Below, piece after piece: positions 55,901 through 64,000 of a stretch of DNA of 64,000 bases. The stretch is from positions 434,001 to 498,000 of the forward strand of contig OX597824.1 in NCBI GenBank assembly GCA_951406725.2. The letters run 5' to 3'. Source of the DNA: Octopus vulgaris. Lineage: Eukaryota. The stretch's first letter is position 1, and every line of letters starts with the position of its first letter. The translations under genes and the position numbers were made by a program. The notes under the pieces are model-generated. The model saw only the letters and a list, made by a program, of their open reading frames with translations, searched no databases and was not told the origin of the DNA.

Positions 55901-56752
55901 TCCAAAATACCCAAAATGTCCACAAAGTCTCCAGTTACAGAAATATTAAGATGAGCAGAGCCCAGAGGAAATCTCTGATAGCAAACTGTAAAAATCCCCA
56001 CTTAGCCGATGCAACTGTGTTTGTGCTAATATTACACCCACAAGGCAGGATTTTTCCCAAAAGACTTTTTGCATTAAATTGCATTCAGCTGGTAATTTGC
56101 AGAGCCCCAAAGCTATAGAAGGCCCTTGCCCAAATGCTGCATTGTGTGATCAAAGTGAGAACCAGATGGAAATAAGCAACAGACTGTAACAGAGAGAAGG
56201 GTCAATATGATTGACCCTTGAACCCTTGAAGGCAAAATTTAGAAACAACAAACAGATGAATAATATGGCTGTTAATTGATGTGACGCACAGACAGACAAA
56301 AGAACATTTTATTCTAAAGGTTTTTAAAAATTTTTTTATTTAGTCAGCTTCCATGGAAAGCAAACAATAATTTGTTTCACAGATGAATATAGAAAATAAA
56401 CAAACTTCCCACCAAAATTGTTTGCGTTTTCCATATTAACTGGTTTTTTTTTCTTTATTTATTAAGAACACTATACGGATGGGGTGGAAGAGAACCTGGA
56501 GAACAGCTGTGCAGTAGGAGTTCTTTGGATTGGCAGAATGGGAGGAGAATAGAGCAGCAGCAGATAAACCCAAATAATTCATTCAAATTCTTTTTTTTTA
56601 ATTCAATATATATTTGTGTGAGTTTGTGAAGGATGTAAAAACTAAAACTGCAAAACAAAAGAGAAATGGAAGGAAAAAAAGAAAGATTAAAAGAATAAAG
56701 AAGAATGTTTCAGGGTTAAGAAGAATGAATTGTTAGTTAAAGCTTGGCAAAT

Positions 56753-56786
<34 letters not shown>

Positions 56787-56835
56787 AAGCTTTTGTATGT
56801 ATAGCATGTCTGGGGCTCAAACATGGAACCATAAA

Positions 56836-57869
56836 TTAGAGCAAAAGGAAGGATGCTAATAGTGAGAAATGATCAGAGCCCAGCTGCGTATTGGGGAGCT
56901 TGTCGAACTCCTTGACCTCCTGTGTAGAGGGTAACTGATAGTAACATATCAGCTTCAGCTTCCCCTCTGCAGTGCTGCTGCTGCATTGCGGTTTGTGCAG
57001 CAATTTGCTGTCGACTGTGTAAAAAATGTAGTCCACTGTTGAGCAACATTTATTATGATATGTTGACACTTCATTGCGAAAGCGTCCCCTCACCTGCGTC
57101 ACATGCTTATAGACTGACATCAAGTTAAAAGAATGTTTGATTACACCCTTTTGGAATGGCCGAATCAGTTCCTTAAAAGTCCTGTCACGTGACCGCGAAG
57201 AGGATTCCCTACTGTCTTCTCTGTCGACAGCGTCGTCATTCGGTGTTGAGCAAACAGTTTCCTCCTTTGGAGATACGTCTGAGTTTTCTGTCTGTTCGTC
57301 AGGACATCCTTCATTTCTTCTTTGAAAGACATGAATGTATTGACAACAGTTGTTGATATTTAAATGACCTGGGAAGAAATCTCTCGATAAATAATTATTC
57401 CTGCCATACATTTCATCCGTCTGACCAGACATTTCTCGAATCAACAAGTCTTCATAACGCAAATAACTGGACATTATAAAGTTATAAATTTGACTGAAAG
57501 GCTCTGTGTTGAAATCCCCACACAAAATGAAAGGATGGTAAATGCTTTTCTCTTGACTTATTTTACACTTGAAAGCAATTTTTTCAAGTTCTGTCAATAA
57601 AACAATAAGTTGAGCAAGTTTAACATCTCCTCGACGAGGATTAAATAATAAATGTGTATTGGCCACATAGAAACAGCTGTTGTTCTTTTGAAATGCAAGA
57701 TTCCTTGGCTTTAGGCCAACAATTAAGCCAACATTGCCACGGTCCAGAACACCACCTTTCATGTAGTCAACTTGATCAGAAGAGATCTGAACGAATAAGA
57801 TAATTTTATAGAATGTTGCACAGCCATCACTTTGATAATTTGACTTGGGGCAGAATACTCCTTCATAAC
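56836..57869 (-). CDS. ANGEL2: Angel terminal coding exon (1034 nt)
   Basis: Acceptor TTTTTCCTTTTTCTTGGCAG. EEP motifs NTHL, GDFN, DYIFY and SDH. Stop at 56836. Confidence 0.95.
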
Positions 57870-58659
57870 CTGCCAAGAAAAAGGAAAAATTAGTGTAAAG
57901 CATCAGAGGAAATATTTAAGAATTTAATATTAAATAGAAGAACTGTAACCATGCGCTGATGAGACCCCTTTCAGTCATGACTGACTGCGGGATTGCACCT
58001 AGAAAGTTACCCTCCCAAGCACAAGTCCGGGAAAGCTTTTTATGGAAGACCAACAATCGCCCATGCATACCGGCTTCCTCTCTCCACACCACTGATGCTA
58101 TCCAAGGGAAAGGCAAAGGGGGGATACAGCTTGGCACTAATGACCTTGCAACTCATTTCTACAGCTGAGTGAACTGGAGCAACGTGAAATAAAGTGTCTT
58201 GCTCAAGAACCCAACACGCAGTCTGGTCCAGGATTTGAACTCACAACCTCACGATCGTAAGCTCGACACTCTAACCACTGAGTCATGCGCCTTCATTAAC
58301 TGTAACCATAAAGCTGCTGTTAATGGCTGTCTTTTTTTTTTTGCCAAAGTAATGTCAAAAAGGAGAGCAACAGGACACACAAATGCAAAACATCGTCAAA
58401 TAAATAAATATGATGGCAGTCTCTCATAGTCTAAGGAAAATGGTTCTGCAATTTTTTGCTGAACAAGCTGCACAAATGCTGGTGCACGTAAAAAGCATCC
58501 AGTACCAATACATTCTGTAAAGTGGTTGGTGTCAGGAAAGGCATCCAGCCACAGAAACCAAGCGAAAACAGATAATTAGAGCCTGGTGCAGATCTTTGGT
58601 TTGCCAGCTCCTGTCAGACTGTTCAGCCCAAGCTAGCATGGAAACACAGATGTTAAATG

Positions 58660-58691
<32 letters not shown>

Positions 58692-58743
58692 GGTGATGAT
58701 GATGATGATGGTGATGATGATGGTGATGATGATGGTGATGATG

Positions 58744-58811
<68 letters not shown>

Positions 58812-60599
58812 GGTGATGATGATGATGATGATGATGATGATGGTGATGGTGATGATGATGATGATGGTGATGATGGTGATGATGATGATGATGATGATGG
58901 TGATGATGGTGATGGTGGTGATGATGGTGATGATGAAATGTTTTTGCTGTAAATTGGCTCGTTGCCTCCATCAAATGGACATTGCCTGAACAGGTGCACA
59001 ATGTACCACAAATCAGGTGTTGAAGGATTCACAGAACAATGTGAGAATGAAGTGTCTTGCACAAGAACACAATGCATCATCTGGTCCGGGAATTGAAACC
59101 ACAATTTCGTGATCATATGTACAACACCCTAACCACCAGACCAAGTGACCCCACACATATATATAAGCTTCAATATACAGACATAGAATAATATACATAT
59201 ATTAAGAATATATCAGATACATAAATATATAGAATATGCTATAGAGATATATAGGTCATATAGAGATATATAGGTCATACAGAGTACAGAACATACAGGT
59301 ACATTATTTACATTATTTACATTTGACGGATATTTGTCCTCATCTTGTTTGTTAACACAACGTTTCGGCTGATATACCCTCCAGCCTTCATCAGGTGTCT
59401 TGGGGAGATTTCGAAACTGGGTTCTCATTCCTAAGGTATTTTTCAATGTCATTATTATTATTATTCAAGTCACTACCTAGAATCAAACTCAGAATCTTGG
59501 GTTAGTATCCCGAGCTCTTAACCACCATAATTGCTTACGGGCATATGGCATAGTGGTTAAGAGCACAGGCTACTAATCCCAAGATTCCAAGTTCGATTCC
59601 AGGCAGTGACAAGAAGAAGAAGAAGAAGAAGAAGAAGAAGAAGAAGAAGAAGAAGAAGAAGAAGAAGAAGAAGAAGAAGAAGAAGAAGAAGAAGAAGAAG
59701 AAGAAGAAGAAGAAGAAGAAGAAGAAGAAGAAGAAGAAGAAGAAGAAGAAGAAGAAGAAGAAGAAGAAGAAGAAGAAGAAAGAAAAAAAAAATAATAATA
59801 ATAGTAACATTGAAAAATACCTTAGGGATGAGAACCCAGTTTCGAAATTTCCCCAAGACACCTGATGAAGTCTGGAGGGTTTATCAGCCGAAACGTTGTG
59901 TTAACAACAAGATGAGGACAAATATGTCCTCACATGTAAATAATGTAGATAATTCCGCATCTCTTAAATATAGAATTGTAGAATATATATGGTATACCAA
60001 TTTATGCAGACACAGAGAAAATAGCAGAGAGATATAATAAATCTATCTCTAGCTGGAATGGCCAAGTATTTTGCCTGCAGCAAGACTCTTGTTCCTGCCT
60101 GTCTACCAAACTTTAGCATCTCAACACTTGCTCAAAACTACACCACTGTTTGAGAGTTCTCGTCTTGCCAGTTACTTGGTGACCACACAAGTTCTGGTGC
60201 CAAAGGAGAAAAACACCAAGTAAGCTTGGTGAAATGGTTAGCAATAGGGGAGGTGGGGGGGGGGCATTCAACCAGAGAAACTATGCCAAAACAGACACTG
60301 GAACTCATAGCATTCCTCTGGCTCATCAGATACGGTTGAATTGTCTAACTCACATAAGCATGGAAGACGGACAATAAGGATGGTATACAGAATATATCAC
60401 ACAGATATAAGCACTGTAGTGGCTGTGTGGTAAGAAGCTTGCCTCCCAACCCTTCCAAATCACAAGGTTCAGTCCCACTGCATGGCACCTTGGGCAAGTG
60501 TCTTCTACTATAGCCTTGCGCAGACCAAAGCCTTGTGAGTGGATTTGGTAAAAGGAAACTGAAAGAAGCATGTGTGTGTGTGTATGTGTGTGTGTGTGT

Positions 60600-60635
<36 letters not shown>

Positions 60636-61529
60636 ATGTTTCTTTGTCTGTGTTTGCCCTCACCCCTCCCATCACTTGACAAATGATATTAGTGTGTTTA
60701 CGTCCCCGTAACTTAGCGGTTTAGCAAAAAGATAGAATAAATACTAGGCTTACAAAAAATAAGTCCTGGGATCGATTTGTTTAACTAAAAGCGGTGCTCC
60801 AGCATGGCCACAGTTAAATGACCAAAACAAGTAAAAGACTAAAAGAATTTGATATAGAGATTATGGTCATTACATACTTATGAAGAATGTCTCATTTAGA
60901 TATGTCGTAGTCATGGCCGATGCCAGTGCTGCCTGACTAGTCCTTGTACCAGTGGCACGTTGAGATCAACATTCGAGTGTAGGGCCTCATGGAAGCAGGG
61001 TTAGGAGAGTGAAACCTTTGGTGATATACCGTGCTTGTGTAGACCTGTCAAACCAACTGAGATGGTAGTTATGGCCAGTGTCAGGTCAATAGCACCCACT
61101 ACACTCTCAGAGTGGTTGGCGTTAGGAAGGACATCCAGCTGTAGAAGCCATGCCAAATCAGATCAGAACCTGGCTTACCAGTTTTTAGTCAAACCATCCA
61201 ACCCATGGAAAACGGATGTTAAATGATGATGATGATGATGATGAGAATATATCAAGCAAATATACAGAATGTGTCACATAGATTCACTTAAACACACACA
61301 CACACACACACATGTATCCTATTAGTAACTCTTAAAAGCACTTAAAAGCACTGTTTATAAACTATATCCTACCTCGCTTTTCAAACTCTGGCTTGAAAAA
61401 TGTTTCATAATGGTCCTGCTGGACTTCTTGAAGGCACATAATCTGGAAAGATAATTAAACAACTCTAATGAATTAATACAATCCAAACAGCAGAGTTTTG
61501 TTTCAGAAATCAGGTATGAAGAATGCAGT

Positions 61530-61560
<31 letters not shown>

Positions 61561-64000
61561 CATGCACCATACAAACATCATATATATATATCCACAAAAT
61601 TTCTTTTTTAAAATCCCTACTCAGCTTATTGTTGTCACTCGTGTGGATGCTGTATTACTCACAGCTTTCAATGATAGCATCAGGAGGAGGAGGAGGAGGA
61701 GGCAGTAACTGTTTCTAGCAGTTTCGTTTCCGAAGAAGAGATTAATCATCATCACCATCTACAGCAGTAGTGTTTAATGTCCAAGCTTCCTTGCCAGCAT
61801 GGGTTAGATGGTTTGACAGGAACTGACTACAGGCCAGCAGATTGCATCAAGCTCCAATCTCTGCGTTGGCATCGTTTCTACAGCTGGATGCCCTTCCCAA
61901 TGCCAACCACTTCATAAACAGGTATTTTGGCTGTTTTGTGTTGCCATGCAGCTTGCATGGCAACAAACCCTGACAAGGAACAACTTTATGTACAGTGAGT
62001 GAGCGTGTGTGTGTGTGTGTGTGCGTATGCGTGTGTGGAAGTGTGTATATGTGTATGTTAGTGTCACCTTGTCTCAGTTGTAAATGAGTGTCAACATTAT
62101 ACAAGTGAGGGTCTTGTTTCTAATCTTCCATGAAGACATGTCTGGCCATAGGGAAATACTACCTTCCATGGAAACAGGTATGAATATATATTTCTTGTTT
62201 AAAAGAGATCTCAATTAAAAATTTTCCATCAAAATTTCAGGTTAATTTATGTTGCAAACATCAGATTGATCCTCCTCCTCATTATCAATTTATTATGTCT
62301 GTGTTTGATGCTGGCATGAGTTAGATGGTCTGACTGGATGTGACTAGCCTGAGGGCTGTGTCAGTCTCCCATGTCTGATCTGGCAAGGGTTTTACAGCTG
62401 CATGCCCCTTCCTAATGCCAACCATTTTTCAAAGGATACTTGATGCTTTTTTCAAAGGCACCAGTATTTGTGGAATGACCAAGTAACTTGCAAGAGAAGA
62501 CCACCTTGACAGAGTTGGGGTGCAATGCCGAAGCAGGTAGCAGCTTTGTGCCAGATGTAGAGAGGCCAAAGTGGGAAAGAAGGAAGGGAGAAACTATCTT
62601 GTTCTAAAGGAGATACATAGGTACCCAAACAGGGAAGGGAGAAACGATGGTGGAGATGCAGGGTGTACCCTCAAGGTACAAAAAAGGTGGATAGAGATAG
62701 AAAAGGGGCAGAGAATCGATGAAGGCTGGGTAGGTCAGTGGGTTCCCAACAGTATGAAAGAAGAGTGACAATCAGCAGAAGTGAGGACTGAAATAAAACC
62801 AGTGAATGGCCAATATGGATGGAGGCATGAGAAATGGTGAGTGTCAGTCTGGGAGAATGTAAGGAAAAAAGAACAACAACAACCAAATTCTTCATTCTGG
62901 AGCCGACGTAGCTGTGTGGTCAGAGGTTTGCTTCCCAACCACAAGGTTCCGGGTTCAGTCCCACTGTATAGCACCTTGGGCAAGTGTCTTCTGCTATAGT
63001 CTCTGCTTGACCAAAGCCTTGTGAGTGGATTTGGTAGACGGAAACTGCAAGAAGCCCATCATGTGTATATATATATATATATCATCATCACATGTGTGTG
63101 TGTGTGTGTGTGTGTATTTGTATGTCTGTGTTTGTCCCCCACCCATCGCTTGACAACCGGTATTGGTATGTTTACGTCCCTGTAACTTAGTGGTTTGGAA
63201 AAAGAGCCCGATAGAATAAGTACTAGGCTCACAAAGAATAAGTCCTGGGATTGGTTTGTTCGACTAAAGGCGGTGCTCTAGCATGGCCAGAGTCAAATAA
63301 CTAAATCAATTAAAAGAATATGCATATGTATGTGTGTGTGTGTTGGTGTGTTTATATCCCCATAACTTAGCAGTTCAGTAATAGAGAATGATCAAATAAG
63401 TCTCAGGCAGAAAAAAAAAAGAAAAATCTGTCCTGGGGTCGATTCACTCGACTAAAAAGCTTCAAGACGGTGCTCCAGCATGGTCACAGTCTAATGACTG
63501 ATACAAGTGAAAAAAAAAAAGCATATTTTTCAAATTAAATTAGATCAGAAGAAGTGTATTTCAGCAGAAATATACTAACGAAAGACTTCAATGAAATATA
63601 CTTTTTTTTTTTCTACTGTAGTCACAAGGCCCGAATTTTGAGGGAAGGGGCCAGTTGATTAGATTGACCTCAGTATGCAACTGGTACTTAATTTATCGAC
63701 CCTAAAAGGATGAAAATCAAACTTGACCTTGGCGGAATTTGAACTCAGAACATAAAGACAGACGAAATACTGCTTAGCATTTCCCCCGACATGCTAACTT
63801 TTCTGCCAGCTCGCTGCCTTGGCTTAAATGAAATTCTGCAAAACACACAAGTCCAATGTTTCTTGCTAAATCTTTGTCACTAAAGCAAATTCTAAGAACT
63901 ACAAATACTTAATAGAAAAATAAAACTTACGTCTGGGCTAAGTGTGTCGATTTCTTTCAATAAACACCATCTTCGATATTCCCAGGACAGGATTTTAGAT
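56836..64000 (-). CDS. ANGEL2: Protein angel homolog (EEP/CCR4-family 2',3'-cyclic phosphatase), 5'-partial: complement join(63931..>64000,61373..61442,56836..57869)
   Basis: The joined translation reads ...ILSWEYRRWCLLKEIDTLSPD|IMCLQEVQQDHYETFFKPEFEKR|GYEGVF...DGCATFY...NTHLLFNPRRGDVKLAQL...CGDFN...TVDYIFY...GSDHFSLLASF. Phases are compatible. Confidence 0.93.
58655..58935. repeat. (GAT/GGT)n trinucleotide repeat, the tail of a SINE-like element
   Basis: Direct inspection. Follows the GCATGGAAA...GATGTTAAATGATGATG tail seen in several other copies. Confidence 0.95.
59300..59530 (-). mobile_element. tRNA-headed SINE-like repeat with a hammerhead-containing tail (copy 1)
   Basis: Reverse complement of 59539-59956, lacking the GAA expansion. 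Ends in AATGTAAAT repeats. Confidence 0.8.
59354..59399 (-). ncRNA. Minimal type I hammerhead ribozyme motif
   Basis: GACAC-CUGAUGA-A-GGCUG(10-nt loop)CAGCC-GAAACGUU-GUGUU. Stems I and II pair. Helix III is the palindrome ACGU. Confidence 0.7.
59539..59956 (+). mobile_element. tRNA-headed SINE-like repeat with a hammerhead-containing tail (copy 2, with internal (GAA)n)
   Basis: A box TGGCATAGTGG at 59546, B box GTTCGATTCC at 59591, (GAA)n at 59611-59780, tail with CTGATGA...GAAACGTT. Confidence 0.8.
59857..59902 (+). ncRNA. Minimal hammerhead motif with one mismatch in stem II
   Basis: GACAC-CUGAUGA-A-GUCUG...CAGCC-GAAACGUU-GUGUU. Confidence 0.6.
61373..61442 (-). CDS. ANGEL2: Angel internal exon (IMCLQEVQQDHYETFFKPEFEKR)
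   Basis: CTTTCCAG acceptor and GTAGGA donor. Contains the CLQEV metal-binding motif. Confidence 0.92.
63931..64000 (-). CDS. ANGEL2: Angel internal exon, cut by the window edge (SKILSWEYRRWCLLKEIDTLSPD)
   Basis: L.W..R...LLKEI....PD motif. Donor GTAAGT, phase 0. Confidence 0.88.

Noticed and set aside
57870-57903. ORF-track start (MLYTNFSFFLA) for Angel
   Set aside because: This is the intron's polypyrimidine tract. The exon starts at 57869 and upstream exons exist.
59539-59610. tRNA gene
   Set aside because: A and B boxes are present, but the acceptor stem does not close and the sequence continues into a repeat body. It is a SINE head, as are the other tRNA-like heads in the window.

Overview
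Eukaryotic, AT-rich, microsatellite- and SINE-dense genomic DNA. The repeat families and intron sizes suggest a coleoid cephalopod, probably Octopus (inference). Two host genes can be reconstructed by hand. (1) On the + strand, a complete vasohibin (tubulinyl-Tyr carboxypeptidase) gene with 10 coding exons from 27806 to 51474, about 305 aa, and an intact Cys-His-Ser triad. It has two clear minor-spliceosome (U12) introns and a probable third in the 5' UTR. (2) On the - strand, the 3' part of an Angel (EEP-family 2',3'-cyclic phosphatase) gene, with three exons from 56836 to beyond 64000. The two genes lie tail-to-tail, like human VASH1-ANGEL1 and VASH2-ANGEL2. A weakly supported third gene may diverge from vasohibin on the - strand. 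The rest is decayed mobile DNA: mariner/Tc1 elements, hAT MITEs with 8-bp target duplications, R4/Dong, RTE, CR1 and L1/Tx1 LINE fragments, several Penelope-like elements and many tRNA-derived SINEs. The most unusual signal is a set of minimal hammerhead-ribozyme motifs, including a tRNA-headed SINE with a hammerhead tail present as a head-to-head pair inside an Angel intron. Most ORFs in the supplied track are microsatellite translations.
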